From a virus (lineage: Duplodnaviria > Caudoviricetes), in the IMG/VR virus record IMGVR_UViG_3300037524_000136, positions 1-28,920 of that record: a DNA stretch of 28,920 bases; one strand, given 5' to 3'. The position numbers were made by a program, and so were the translations under genes. Shown piece by piece: positions 7,102-16,714 of this stretch. Each line of letters opens with the position of its first letter. The first letter of the stretch is position 1. Below the pieces are notes generated by a model. It did no database searches. It was not told the DNA's origin and saw nothing but the letters and a program-made list of their open reading frames with translations.

Positions 7102-8513
7102 CACCGCTTCCTTCGCGTCTTGCCATCCGGCCCGACATAGGTATCGCCGGGCTTCAACTGGTCATACCCTGGCGGCGGCGCTGCGGCTTGTCCTGCCGGC
7201 GCCTGCCCGATCGGGCTCACCGCTCCAGCCGCCGTGCGCTCGCGGATCATCGTCGCGAGGCTCTTTCCCATCGCCAACTCGGACTGCACCTGGGTGAGCT
7301 CGCGCTCCAGGTTGTTGAGCTTGATCTGTGCCGCCTCAGGCGTGTCGCGAGCGGACGGGATGAAGACCGCCAAGCGCGGGAACTCGGACACGGTCACCGC
7401 CGCACCGGACAGATCGTGAATCTTCTGCGCGCCGATCTTGCCCACCACCGAGCGCGTATCGACCCCCGACGGGTCAATACGCTGCATCGCCAACTCGGGC
7501 AGGAAGTTCTTCAGCCCCAACGCCTCGGGATTGTCATTGACCAATTGCCGCGCCCGCTGAATCTCGGCCAGCGCCGTCTCGTTCTGCGCCAACTTCTGCA
7601 GCGTCGTCTCGCTCACCTGCGGCGCCGCCTTGATCGGCTGCCCGCCCAACGTCGCCGGCTTGGCATTGCCGGCCCGGTCGAACAGATACATCGCATCGCC
7701 GACCATCTGCGGGCGCAGCGCGTTGGCATTGGCCTGCGCCACGCCGAGATTGCCGCGTGATACCTGCAACTGCGCTTCCTGGTTCGCCTTGCTGGCGGCA
7801 TCCCGCGCCGCCGTCTGCCCCTCGGTGGTCAGGTTGTGCCGCCCCGTCTCCTCCTGCGTCATCCGGTCCTTGATGTCGTAGAACATCGACGCCATCGCCG
7901 ACAGGTTCGACTTCGCTTCGTCGGGATTGGCCCACGATTGGAACGGTACCTGCCCCAGGATGCCCTGCACCCCGTTGGCCTCGAGCGATTGCGCGAACTT
8001 CTGCACTTGCTGCGGGGTCGGCGTGCCCTTAGCCAAGTACGCGGCCTGGTTGGCGAACTTCTCCGCGATCTTGAGCCGCTTGTCTTGAATGTCCGCTTCG
8101 ATCTTGGTCTGCTCGAGCTTGGCCTTGTTGCGCTTGTCGACCATGTCGAGGATCGGCAGTGCCGCCCCCGGGGCCTTCTGCACCGCACCGGCTACCGCCT
8201 CGGGCGCGAACTGGGCCTTGATCAGTTCCGGCAGCGCGGCCTCGAGCGCCCGCGCTTGCGCGTTCTGGCGCTGCAACTGCTCCATCTGGTAGCCGGCCAC
8301 CATGTCGTCTCGCGCCGCATCGGCTGATCGCCCCCGCGAGCCCAGCGCCGCCAGCCCGCCCGCGCCCAGCGCCTGCGCAAGGTTGTTGCGACCCCCGCTC
8401 GCCATCAGCATCGCCGCGCCCGCAGCCAGTGCCGCATCGCGTCTGCGCCGGGCATCGAGCTCCTCGAGCGTCGGCGGGACGTATTGATTGATCGCCTGTC
8501 CGTATGCGTCCAT
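7101..8513 (-). CDS. Putative DNA ejection/internal virion protein (470 aa)
   Basis: Gln/Ala-rich helical protein with N-terminal LAAGAAMLMASGG...LGAGG and C-terminal YDQLKPGDTYVGPDGKTRRK. Position matches podovirus ejection genes. Confidence 0.7.
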   Translation of the reverse strand: MDAYGQAINQYVPPTLEELDARRRRDAALAAGAAMLMASGGRNNLAQALGAGGLAALGSRGRSADAARDDMVAGYQMEQLQRQNAQARALEAALPELIKAQFAPEAVAGAVQKAPGAALPILDMVDKRNKAKLEQTKIEADIQDKRLKIAEKFANQAAYLAKGTPTPQQVQKFAQSLEANGVQGILGQVPFQSWANPDEAKSNLSAMASMFYDIKDRMTQEETGRHNLTTEGQTAARDAASKANQEAQLQVSRGNLGVAQANANALRPQMVGDAMYLFDRAGNAKPATLGGQPIKAAPQVSETTLQKLAQNETALAEIQRARQLVNDNPEALGLKNFLPELAMQRIDPSGVDTRSVVGKIGAQKIHDLSGAAVTVSEFPRLAVFIPSARDTPEAAQIKLNNLERELTQVQSELAMGKSLATMIRERTAAGAVSPIGQAPAGQAAAPPPGYDQLKPGDTYVGPDGKTRRKR

Positions 8514-8514
8514 C

Positions 8515-9438
8515 TCAACCCCCTAGCTGCCGCGGCGCGGCTGCCGGTCGCCAATTCGGCCCCCAATCAGGCGGCGGCGTCTTTACCCATCCGGTACCGT
8601 CGCTGTTGGGAAACAGCGAGGTGAAAGCGCCCCCGGGCAGTGCGTGCCCGACATACTGCGGCGGGATGTAGTAGCCGGCCCATTGCGGATCGACCGGCAC
8701 AACCTCGTTCACCCACTGCTGCGTACCGTTGGGCAGCGTCACCGTCCGCCGCACGTTCTGTCCCGTCGCCTGCGAAGTCGTCGTTCCACCCGTCACCGTC
8801 TGCGTCGGCAGCAGGAACTCGGCCTGATTGGGCGCCTCGGTCAGGACGGGCGCCCTGCCTGTTCCGGTCACTGCCGGATTCGGGATCCGCGTCTCGCCAC
8901 CACCGCCGATGTAGGGCGGCGGGACAATTCGCGGGCGCGGGCCCGATGGCGGGGTCGATGTCCCGCCGTTGCCGATCGTATTGGGCAGCACGTTGGGCGC
9001 CCCGCCACCAGGCACCCTCCCGCTTGGCGCCAGCGCGCCGAAGATGGTTCCGAAGCCCAGGTTGGTCCCGCTGCCCGGAGTGCCACCGCTCACGTTGCGA
9101 ATGCCGGGAAAGTACGAGGCCGGATTCGGGCGCGCACCCGTCCACTGCGCCGCTGGCTGCTGCACCGCCCAGTTGGGCATGTACTGCTTGGCCTTGAAGG
9201 CATTGGTGACGCGCTCGTTCTCGGCCGCCTGCGCTGTGCGCTTGGCCATGAAGTCGGCCCCGGGCTTCAACTGGTTGCTGTACGGCTGGCCGATCGCGTT
9301 GGTGCCGCTGTAGCGTGGCAAGCCGAACAGCGCGCCCATCGCCTGCGCCGCTGCGGCCATTTGGGCCGCTTGGGTCGCTGGATCGACCGGAGCGGTCGGC
9401 ACAACAACGCTGGGATCTTCCCCGCCTGCACTGCTCAT
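8515..9438 (-). CDS. Pro/Gly/Thr-rich protein (307 aa) in the ejection module, with a C-terminal Pro/Trp module
   Basis: Fills the gap between 8513 and 9440 with 1-nt spacing on both sides. C-terminal 51 aa are paralogous to ORF 746..1015. Confidence 0.75.
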   Translation of the reverse strand: MSSAGGEDPSVVVPTAPVDPATQAAQMAAAAQAMGALFGLPRYSGTNAIGQPYSNQLKPGADFMAKRTAQAAENERVTNAFKAKQYMPNWAVQQPAAQWTGARPNPASYFPGIRNVSGGTPGSGTNLGFGTIFGALAPSGRVPGGGAPNVLPNTIGNGGTSTPPSGPRPRIVPPPYIGGGGETRIPNPAVTGTGRAPVLTEAPNQAEFLLPTQTVTGGTTTSQATGQNVRRTVTLPNGTQQWVNEVVPVDPQWAGYYIPPQYVGHALPGGAFTSLFPNSDGTGWVKTPPPDWGPNWRPAAAPRQLGG

Positions 9439-9439
9439 G

Positions 9440-9964
9440 TCAGTACCCCCTCAGGCTCATCAGCAGCCGCTTCAACTCTTCGTTGTCAATGCCCAGCATC
9501 TCCGCACTGCCTGCCGGCCGGCGTTGCGCCGCGCCGCCATAGTCGATTGCTACCGGCTGGGCCTGCTGCTGTTGCCCGCCCATGCGCGGGCTGCCCGCCT
9601 GGGGTATCGGCTGCTGCTTTTCGTCCATCATCTGCTGGCCCATCTGCCCGGCGAGCTTTGGCCCCATCTTGTTCAACATGGTGCCCATCTTGTCAGCCCC
9701 GGCAACGCCACCTGTCCACCCAGCAAGATCCATTGCCGCCGGGCCGAATCCAGCGCTGCCCGCTTCTATCGCCAGCGGGCTCATGGCGCCCACCATCCCG
9801 CCGCCGGCCTCGAGCGCCAATGGACTCAACGCCGCCGCAGTTCCTGCCGCCCCGGCCGCGCCTTCCGCCAGCGCTGCTCCCGCTGCTGCTGCCGCCGTTT
9901 CCGCGGCCAGCGCCTCGGGCGCGAACATCGCAATCGCCGTCCCCATCGTGATCGGATCTGCCAT
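9440..9964 (-). CDS. Ala/Gly-rich putative internal virion protein (174 aa)
   Basis: MADPITMG start behind GGGAG. Low-complexity Ala/Gly N-half typical of small ejection proteins. Confidence 0.7.
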   Translation of the reverse strand: MADPITMGTAIAMFAPEALAAETAAAAAGAALAEGAAGAAGTAAALSPLALEAGGGMVGAMSPLAIEAGSAGFGPAAMDLAGWTGGVAGADKMGTMLNKMGPKLAGQMGQQMMDEKQQPIPQAGSPRMGGQQQQAQPVAIDYGGAAQRRPAGSAEMLGIDNEELKRLLMSLRGY

Positions 9965-9973
9965 CGCCGCTCC

Positions 9974-10960
9974 CTACATCATCCCGTAAGCCATCAGGCC
10001 ACCACCCAGCAACGCACTGGCCGGGTTGATGCTGTTGTTCTGCGTCGTCGTCTGCGTGTTCGTACCGAACCCGCCAGAGGCCCGAATCAGCGTGTTCAGG
10101 AACGCATCCAGTTGCTGCTGCGGGTAGGCTTGGCTGCGCGCCCATTCGTTGGCCAGATCGTCGTACACCGTCTGCTGTTGCTGCTGCAGCGCGTCGCCCA
10201 CCCCGGTCAGCGTCTTGGCGCTGTTGAGGTCGTTCTGGTACAGCCCCAGCGCTTGCGGCACACTGGCCATCTGCCGGGCCCGCTCCGACTCCCAGGCCCC
10301 GCTCGCACTCGCCCGATCGGCCTGCTGCGCCTGCACGCCACGGTCAAGCGCCGACTCAGCCAGCCCGGCGCTCTGCTGGTAGGCCATGTTGCCGTAGTTA
10401 CTCTCCACTCCCTGCAGCGCCTTCAGCAGTTGGTCCTGGTTCATCTGCGTGGCCTGCTGGTGCGCGGATCCACCGTAGTTGCGACTGAGCGCAGCCATCG
10501 CATCGTTCTGCGGTGCGGTGCCGAAACGGTACGCCTTGGCCAGATCCTCCTGCCCGCTCTGGATCATCCCGCGCAGGTAGGGGTTGTTGATGCCCATGAA
10601 GTCGTTCTGCCCAACCGCCGTGGTGCCGGTTGCGAACGGGTTCTTGTACCCACCCGTCAGCGTGTTCAGCGTCATGTTGCCCGCGGCTGCCGTGGCCGGG
10701 CTTCCGCTCCGCGACAGGTCAGCGGCGTACTGGAGCCCCTCCAGTTGCGTGCTGTTCATGTCCGCTACCCGGTTGTACGGGTAGGGATCGTATGGCTGAG
10801 AGGACAATTCTGCGGCATTGCTCACCACCTGCTGGTGGTATGGGCGCAACTCATCGAGCGGCTTCCACTCGGTTACGTTGGAGCCGCCACCGCCACCGCC
10901 GCCGATGCCAAACCTAAGCGGCCAGCGCAGGATCGAGAGCAGGAAGTGGATCATATTCAT
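9974..10960 (-). CDS. Putative DNA transfer/pilot protein (P22 gp7-like position), 328 aa
   Basis: Hydrophobic leader, then GGGGGGGS, a Gln/Ala-rich body and hydrophobic C-terminus ASALLGGGLMAYG. Directly follows the acetyltransferase-like gene, as in P22-like gene orders. Confidence 0.7.
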   Translation of the reverse strand: MNMIHFLLSILRWPLRFGIGGGGGGGSNVTEWKPLDELRPYHQQVVSNAAELSSQPYDPYPYNRVADMNSTQLEGLQYAADLSRSGSPATAAAGNMTLNTLTGGYKNPFATGTTAVGQNDFMGINNPYLRGMIQSGQEDLAKAYRFGTAPQNDAMAALSRNYGGSAHQQATQMNQDQLLKALQGVESNYGNMAYQQSAGLAESALDRGVQAQQADRASASGAWESERARQMASVPQALGLYQNDLNSAKTLTGVGDALQQQQQTVYDDLANEWARSQAYPQQQLDAFLNTLIRASGGFGTNTQTTTQNNSINPASALLGGGLMAYGMM

Positions 10961-11366
10961 GGTTCGTTTCCAGGTTGTGTTCGTACAGCGTCTCGGCCAC
11001 TCGCCAATACCCTTGCGTGGCCCGCTCCCAGCCCTTGCGCGGACTGCGCATCCGCAACCGCTTTGCGCCGATCATTCGGGCGATACCTTCCAACTGCCTT
11101 TGCAACTCGAGCACTTGATCGCGCATCGGACCAACGGCAAGCCAGATGAAGCAACTCGTCGTACCGTCAAGCTCCACCACCTTCTGCGCGACAAAGACGC
11201 CTGCACCGTCGCCCGCCAAGTACAGTCCCGCCATGCCCTGCCGCAGCGCATAGTAGATCTCCTCGGGCGTGTTCCTCTCCCCTAGCTTGTCGTTCGCGTG
11301 CTGGATGTGCTGTCGCACCACCGGCCACACTCGCGACAACTGCGAAACGGGAATGAAGCGCAGCAT
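10914..11366 (-). CDS. GNAT-fold-like virion assembly protein (150 aa)
   Basis: Start re-assigned to ATG 11366 (TGATG overlap). W..V......A...GE, FIWLAVG, IARMIGAKRL....RKGWER pattern common in podovirus genes preceding ejection proteins. Confidence 0.65.
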   Translation of the reverse strand: MLRFIPVSQLSRVWPVVRQHIQHANDKLGERNTPEEIYYALRQGMAGLYLAGDGAGVFVAQKVVELDGTTSCFIWLAVGPMRDQVLELQRQLEGIARMIGAKRLRMRSPRKGWERATQGYWRVAETLYEHNLETNHEYDPLPALDPALAA

Positions 11367-12316
11367 CACAGAATCTCGTACTGGTACGAGTAGCGGACCA
11401 CGATCGCCGACCCGGCATTGTTGCGAAAGCGCAGCAGCACGCGATTGTTGGTCGTGTCCGCAGACACGGTGCCGGTATTGGTCGACGTGTTCGACCCCGT
11501 GTCCTGCCCGACCATCACCCCGCAAGCGTGGTAGGTTTCGGTGAAGTCAGACGCGATCGGGATGGTGAGGTAGAAGATCGTGTCCGCACCCGACCCGGCC
11601 GTCGGCGTCACCGTCGCCGTTCCGGTCACGCTGACCACGTTGCCGACGCGCGACCACTTGCCGCCGGCCACCGAGTCGCAACTGGTCACGTTGGTGCTGG
11701 CCTCGGCCGTCGGCGTGAACGTGCCGCTGGCCAAGTATTGCTTGGCAGTGCCGGTCACCGTGCCGACGTTGTGCAAGTTGGTCCCGTAGACGCGGCCGTC
11801 GATTTCGATGCCCCACTGCGTCGCCCCGGATACCTTGAACAGCATCGGCACATAGGTGGCAGTGCCGGTGATGCCCGACTCGACCGTCACCTCGCTGGCG
11901 GTGAAGCAGCCGAAGATGCCGCGCACGCAGTCGGTCGCGTCGGGATCGCCAAAGACCTGGAACGACGCCGTGGTGCTGGTCCCGTTGGGGATGATCCCCA
12001 GGTTGCTCGAGCCATTGCTGATGCTGGTCTGCACCATCGTCCGGTTGGCCACCGTGGACGCCGACAGGTCCGCAGTGATGCGCTTGGCCGAACCGCTGAT
12101 CGCCAGATTGGCGTCGGACAGGTTCACCGTGCCGGTGAAGAACGGACTCGCCAGCGTCGCCCGCAGCAGGATGTCGTCGTAGTTGGCGCGGATCAGCGAC
12201 GCATGAGCGCGCAGGTAGTCGTCGGGCCCGGTGCTGGAGCCGATCGTGTCCGCACCGGCCGGCGAATTGCTGGCCGCGGTGGCCGAGAGATCAGTGCGCG
12301 CGGTAGGTACGCCCAT
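11366..12316 (-). CDS. Tail fibre/tail-associated protein (316 aa)
   Basis: N-terminal LSATAASNSPAG...DDYLRA anchor-like segment. Thr/Gly/Ser-rich beta-type body. C-terminal GTFTPT...GKWSRVGNVVSV...LTIPIA..Y.Y motif typical of fibre tip domains. Confidence 0.75.
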   Translation of the reverse strand: MGVPTARTDLSATAASNSPAGADTIGSSTGPDDYLRAHASLIRANYDDILLRATLASPFFTGTVNLSDANLAISGSAKRITADLSASTVANRTMVQTSISNGSSNLGIIPNGTSTTASFQVFGDPDATDCVRGIFGCFTASEVTVESGITGTATYVPMLFKVSGATQWGIEIDGRVYGTNLHNVGTVTGTAKQYLASGTFTPTAEASTNVTSCDSVAGGKWSRVGNVVSVTGTATVTPTAGSGADTIFYLTIPIASDFTETYHACGVMVGQDTGSNTSTNTGTVSADTTNNRVLLRFRNNAGSAIVVRYSYQYEIL

Positions 12317-12323
12317 GCATGCC

Positions 12324-13064
12324 TCACTTCGTGGTTATCGACCTGCTGCCCAGCGTGTTCTTCGCGATGTGCGTGTCGAAGCTGCTCACTGCCGCCGTCG
12401 CTGCGACCGGATCCGCGCCGGCAAACACGCCGCTGGTATTGGCGTTGTCGCGCAGAATGCGGTATTGAATGATGTCGCTGATCCCGGCTCCGGTCGGGGG
12501 CGTAATGCCCGCAGCCGTGGTGAACAACTGATGGAACGTGCCGCTGCCGGGGTAGGTGAAGACCGCCGTGTTGCACTTCAGGTTAGTCCACGCCGTCACC
12601 TTGGCAGCATTCATCTTCTGCCAGCGATACTGCAGCAGCCAATTCGGCGCCGCCGACGTGGTTTGCCACGCATGCAGGTGCGGGTAGATGACCCCGCCAT
12701 CCCAAGCGTGACTCAACTGCTGCGAGTCGAGCAGGTAATCGCTCAGGTTCGCCGCAGTCGTGAACTCAACCTGATTTTCGGCCAGGTTGCTGCTGACGCC
12801 CGGGCCTGACTGCTGCAGGTTGACTGCGGCGCCCAGCAAGTCATCCCACACCGTGGCATCGCCTTCAAACACCAGCGTGCCATCGGCCTCGAACTGGGCA
12901 TGATTGGCTGCCCCGCCCACCTGCAGCGTACCGTTGACCACCACGTCGCCGGTCAGCATGCTGTTGACCGTGCGCGCCATGTCGCGCAGAACCTCGGTCA
13001 AGTGCCGCGCCATGTCCGCGCCAAAGGCCAGCGGCAGCACGATCATTTCGTTCAGGCGTCTCAT
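12324..13064 (-). CDS. Putative tail/virion structural protein (246 aa)
   Basis: Start re-assigned to ATG 13064 (ATGA overlap with the nozzle stop). Short helix followed by a beta-rich domain (VWDDL...QLSHAW....IYPHLH.W). Confidence 0.65.
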   Translation of the reverse strand: MRRLNEMIVLPLAFGADMARHLTEVLRDMARTVNSMLTGDVVVNGTLQVGGAANHAQFEADGTLVFEGDATVWDDLLGAAVNLQQSGPGVSSNLAENQVEFTTAANLSDYLLDSQQLSHAWDGGVIYPHLHAWQTTSAAPNWLLQYRWQKMNAAKVTAWTNLKCNTAVFTYPGSGTFHQLFTTAAGITPPTGAGISDIIQYRILRDNANTSGVFAGADPVAATAAVSSFDTHIAKNTLGSRSITTK

Positions 13065-14512
13065 TCGCGCCCCTGCGGCACCGCGTCCACCGTGATCCCG
13101 GCCAGTTCGGCCGTGCCCGTCGTCTGCATCGCCACCGCGTGCCAGCGCGCAGAACGCAACAGGTCGAACCGCTTCTGCGTGTTCATCGCCGTGGTCGCGC
13201 CCTCGGTCAAGGCACTGCCCGGCGTCATGGTGTAGTAGTTGATCAGCGTCGCCGACGTTGGTGCAGTCAGCCATCGCGGCGCCACCCGGCGCAACAACGC
13301 CACCTGATCCTCAGTGCCCACCCGACCCGTGGTGAAGCTCGAGCTCCCCGACACGCCAGACAGATAGGCCAGTTTGTGCTCAGTGGTCATCACTGCCGGA
13401 TAGGGACGCGCCGTGGCCAGCGTGCCGATGTCCCACGTCGAGGTGGCCGTGTACAGCGCATCCCAGGTCGACGTGCCGGCCCAACTGTCCCACGTCGTGG
13501 TCGGCGTCAGCGCCTCGGCCGCCCACTCGATTGCCAGCGAGCCCGCGCCCCAGCGCTGCGTCATCACGTTGTAGACGATGAACTTGGTCAGCGCCCCCGC
13601 CCCGCCAGGCACCGGATAGAACCAGTACACCAGCCCGTGATCGCGGTCATACAGGCCCTGGATCTTGGACAGGTTGGCCCGATCGACATCGCGGAAGAAC
13701 CACTCCCGCACGCCAGCACCAATGCTCTGCGGCACCGAGCCGTTGAACATCCACAGGTCGTTGTAGCCGACGAAGAAGTGCGCGTAACCGACATCGACCA
13801 CCGACTCCTGGCTGACCGCGCCGATGTCGGCCGAGAGCAGCCGGTAGACCCAGAAGTACGGGCCCTGCCCCTGATAGACGCCCAGATACATGGAGCGCTG
13901 CTTGTACGCGACCACCTGCTCGTTGATGGTCCGCAGGGCCGTGATCTCGCCCGGCGTGTCGAGCAGGCGGGTGAAGCCGCACTGGGTCGCCACGTCAGCC
14001 GTCCAATCATCGGCGTTGAACTGCGCCGACCAATAGACGCCATCTGGCGTTGCCGTGCCGTCGTCGTAATTGGCCGCGATCAGGAACCCGAACGAGGTCG
14101 CCAACAGCGCTGCCTTGGGCGCCTCGGTCACCGACGAGAACTCGGCCGTGGTCGCCTTCAGGATCTTGTTGTAGATATTGCTGGCGTAGGTGACGTTGCC
14201 CAACGTGGCAAAGCGCCAGTTCACGCCGCTGGTCAGCGAGGCCCCGCCGTCACGATCGGTCCACGTCGTACCGGAGAGCTCGAACAGTCCCGTCGCCGTG
14301 CCGGCATAGCACTTCGCCGTGCCGTCGGTCAGGCGCGAGAAGTAGAACCCGGTGCAGGTCGCGCCAAGCGCGGCGTAGCCGGCGTCGGACGCCCCGTAGG
14401 CCGTGCGCATGCCCTTCTGGCTTGGGATCCAGCCATTGCAGTCCAGCAGCACGCCCGGCGTGGTTGGGTCCGCATCGGGCACGAAGCCTGCCAGTTGCAG
14501 GAATTGCGCCAC
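13061..14512 (-). CDS. Tail nozzle / packaged-DNA stabilisation protein (beta-propeller type), 483 aa
   Basis: Beta-rich protein with WS...W, G.ITAL, IGAVSQESVV...FF.G...F.G, SIG..V..WFF and YN...RW motifs. Lies directly after the adaptor. Confidence 0.75.
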   Translation of the reverse strand: MAQFLQLAGFVPDADPTTPGVLLDCNGWIPSQKGMRTAYGASDAGYAALGATCTGFYFSRLTDGTAKCYAGTATGLFELSGTTWTDRDGGASLTSGVNWRFATLGNVTYASNIYNKILKATTAEFSSVTEAPKAALLATSFGFLIAANYDDGTATPDGVYWSAQFNADDWTADVATQCGFTRLLDTPGEITALRTINEQVVAYKQRSMYLGVYQGQGPYFWVYRLLSADIGAVSQESVVDVGYAHFFVGYNDLWMFNGSVPQSIGAGVREWFFRDVDRANLSKIQGLYDRDHGLVYWFYPVPGGAGALTKFIVYNVMTQRWGAGSLAIEWAAEALTPTTTWDSWAGTSTWDALYTATSTWDIGTLATARPYPAVMTTEHKLAYLSGVSGSSSFTTGRVGTEDQVALLRRVAPRWLTAPTSATLINYYTMTPGSALTEGATTAMNTQKRFDLLRSARWHAVAMQTTGTAELAGITVDAVPQGRE

Positions 14513-14513
14513 G

Positions 14514-15122
14514 TCAGAACTCGGTCGGCACCACGCGGCCCAGGCTCAACGCCCGATCGCGCTGCAGGATGACGCCGTCGAGCGTGTCGACCTCGGCCGC
14601 GCGATACACCGCAGCGCCCTGGTCATCACGCAGCGTATTGGCCGCCAAGTCAACCTTGGCCCGATGCCGGATCAGGTCGAGCAGGTCATTGGTCCACCCG
14701 GTAGAGTCCGATGCCCCGGTGGGCGCGGCCAGCGCCTGCCAGTAGTAGACCGTCACGATGTATACCGCGTCGGGGATCGGATAGAGCCGCAGCTTGTAGT
14801 TGCGGTAGGCGTACCGATCGGGCTCGCTGCGCAGGCCGGTGATGTCCAGCGCGGCCAGCACGTCGTAAAGCTCGGGGTCGAGCGTGTAAGTGCCGTTCGT
14901 GCTCGCAATCTGCACGAAGTCGATAGCCAGAAAGTCGGACGAAAGCGCGTACTCAGCGGTGCCGGCTACGGTGCTGATGCTTTGCGTGCTTTGGCCAAAC
15001 AGAGATAGTCGGCGCTGGTAGTGCCTGATTGCGGCCAGAATCGCCGTCTGAATCGGCGCGGTCAGGTCTGTCCGCGCAAGCTCGGTCGCTATCTGGGACT
15101 GCAGGTCGCTGTAGGTTCCCAC
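14514..15122 (-). CDS. Head-tail adaptor (tail tubular A-like), 202 aa
   Basis: TYSDLQSQIA.EL.RTDL, TVAGTAEYAL..DF, P..YA....LRLYPIPDAVY motifs typical of podovirus adaptors. Confidence 0.8.
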   Translation of the reverse strand: MGTYSDLQSQIATELARTDLTAPIQTAILAAIRHYQRRLSLFGQSTQSISTVAGTAEYALSSDFLAIDFVQIASTNGTYTLDPELYDVLAALDITGLRSEPDRYAYRNYKLRLYPIPDAVYIVTVYYWQALAAPTGASDSTGWTNDLLDLIRHRAKVDLAANTLRDDQGAAVYRAAEVDTLDGVILQRDRALSLGRVVPTEF

Positions 15123-15161
15123 TCACCGCCCCCAGGATTTGTCTGCGTCGCATACGGTAGC

Positions 15162-15192
15162 GGGAGAGGGCCGGCGAACCGGCCCCCGTCCC
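15162..15192 (-). terminator. Strong GC hairpin with UUCG loop after the capsid/decoration genes; no U-tract
   Basis: Minus strand GGGACGGGGGCCGG-TTCG-CCGGCCCTCTCCC gives a 13-bp stem (one G-U, one bulge), 7 nt after the decoration-gene stop. Confidence 0.5.
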
Positions 15193-15199
15193 TTGGCTC

Positions 15200-15634
15200 T
15201 TAGGCCAATTCCTCTTCGATGATGTAGTCGATCTTCAGACCCACCATCTGCGTGGTGCTGGCGCTGCCGGCCGATGCCGCCTGCGGGGTGACATCAATCC
15301 GCGTCGCCGCGGTGGTCTTCCAGTTCATCCCGGTGGTGACCACCAGCGCAGTCGATACGCCGCCCGCCTGACCGATCGTCGCTCCGGTGATGAGCCGGTT
15401 GTCGTCCGCCGAGTCGCCGACATCGAGCGTCAGCGAGGTGCCGGTATCGCAGTCGTTGGCGAACAGCGTGACTGCCAGAACGCGGGCGTTCTTGGGCAGT
15501 GTCGGCCCGGCCAGGACATCGGCCGTGCCCAACGTGATCGACGGGATGTCCCAGATGGCGCCAACGGAGTTGACGCCGCCGCCGACGTATTCGGCATTGC
15601 TGCCGACTTTGGTGGTGGGCTGGTAGGTTGCCAT
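15200..15634 (-). CDS. Capsid decoration/cement-like protein (144 aa)
   Basis: Immediately after the MCP with strong RBS (TAAGGAGAG). LPKNARV...LTLDVGDS.D..R motif typical of jelly-roll decoration proteins. Confidence 0.7.
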   Translation of the reverse strand: MATYQPTTKVGSNAEYVGGGVNSVGAIWDIPSITLGTADVLAGPTLPKNARVLAVTLFANDCDTGTSLTLDVGDSADDNRLITGATIGQAGGVSTALVVTTGMNWKTTAATRIDVTPQAASAGSASTTQMVGLKIDYIIEEELA

Positions 15635-15646
15635 GTCTGTCTCTCC

Positions 15647-16714
15647 TTAGTAGAGGCTGTAGGACGAGATGACGATGGACCCGAAGTCCTTGCTGTTGAA
15701 GATGGTCTTCTTCAGCCCGGCAATCGTGCCCGCGGCAACGCCAAGTTGGTTCTCGTAGTCGAACAGTTCTTCCGTCCACGAAAACTTGTTCTCGCTGCCG
15801 CCTTGCCCGAAGGCCATCGTCGCCGCCTGCGCGCCGCACAGGATTGCGCGGCGAGTGTTCGCCACTTCGACCAGCGTGGTGCTGTTCTGGCCCTTCGGAA
15901 CCCGCGTCGATTCGTGCAGGATCACGCCGTTGTAGACGCCCAACGCGCCAGTGAAGAGCGGGTTGTTCTTCACGTCCCCGCCCATCATCGCCGCCTTCTG
16001 GATGTCAGCCCACTCCATCGACGTGGTGTCGGTGCGCAGCGAGTAGACCTGGCCCGGGTGCAGGAAGCAGACGTAGTACTCGCCGCCGTTGACGCGCACC
16101 GGGCGCAGCATCGGCGAGTTGGTCTTCGCCAGCACCACGGCCTTGTTGAGCGCTGCGAGCGTGAAGTTGTCGCCGCTCGAGTCGAGCGTCTCGTCAGTGG
16201 TGTGATCAGCCGACGCCCAGAGGTGATTGGTCGTTGCCGTCGGCACCACGGCGGCATTGTTGCCGGTCAGGCGCGTGTCGGTGACGCCGCTCTTGCCGCC
16301 CATCTGGTTAAAGAACCAGGTGTCATAGCGGTCCATCCACCAATCCTTGAGCCCGGCATACGCCTCTTCGCGCACGCTGAACGGCACGCGCTGCTCGGAC
16401 ATCTTGCCGCCCGAACGCACCGCATGGCGCAGTTGGTCGAGGATGACGGCGTCGCTGTACGTTGCCAGCGCTTCTTCGTTGCCCTCGAGCGTGTTGTCGC
16501 CCTGGATGCCGGCGCCGGTCAGTTGCATGCGCAGGCCGAAGGTGACCTTGTCGCCAGCGCTCTTGCTGGCTTCGGTCTTGACCTGAATGAGTGAATTGCT
16601 GCCGGTGCCGGTGAACTTGCCGACGTAGCACTCCTTGAGCGCTTCGACGGCCAGTTTCTTCGACCACAGCTTGACTGCAAGAGCGTTGTTTACGCCCCAG
16701 CTAGAAACGGCCAT
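15647..16714 (-). CDS. Major capsid protein, N4-gp56/DUF4043 type (355 aa)
   Basis: VKLWSKKL..E, K.AGD.VTF.LR..L.G.G..GD..LEGNEE.L, IDQ.RHAV-like, NPLFTGALG.YNGVILHE, RAILCGAQA...AFG, DFG.IVI. Confidence 0.92.
   Translation of the reverse strand: MAVSSWGVNNALAVKLWSKKLAVEALKECYVGKFTGTGSNSLIQVKTEASKSAGDKVTFGLRMQLTGAGIQGDNTLEGNEEALATYSDAVILDQLRHAVRSGGKMSEQRVPFSVREEAYAGLKDWWMDRYDTWFFNQMGGKSGVTDTRLTGNNAAVVPTATTNHLWASADHTTDETLDSSGDNFTLAALNKAVVLAKTNSPMLRPVRVNGGEYYVCFLHPGQVYSLRTDTTSMEWADIQKAAMMGGDVKNNPLFTGALGVYNGVILHESTRVPKGQNSTTLVEVANTRRAILCGAQAATMAFGQGGSENKFSWTEELFDYENQLGVAAGTIAGLKKTIFNSKDFGSIVISSYSLY

Noticed and set aside
782-8697. Diversity-generating retroelement template/variable repeat pair for the duplicated Pro/Trp module
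   Set aside because: Differences are not adenine-specific, nucleotide identity is modest with many synonymous changes, and no reverse transcriptase is present in the window.
8644-14572. Long plus-strand ORFs (e.g. 8644..9951, 9437..11149, 11528..12472, 13139..14572; also 17163..18395)
   Set aside because: Arg/Pro/His-rich shadow frames antisense to convincing genes, expected in high-GC DNA. No motifs or RBS.
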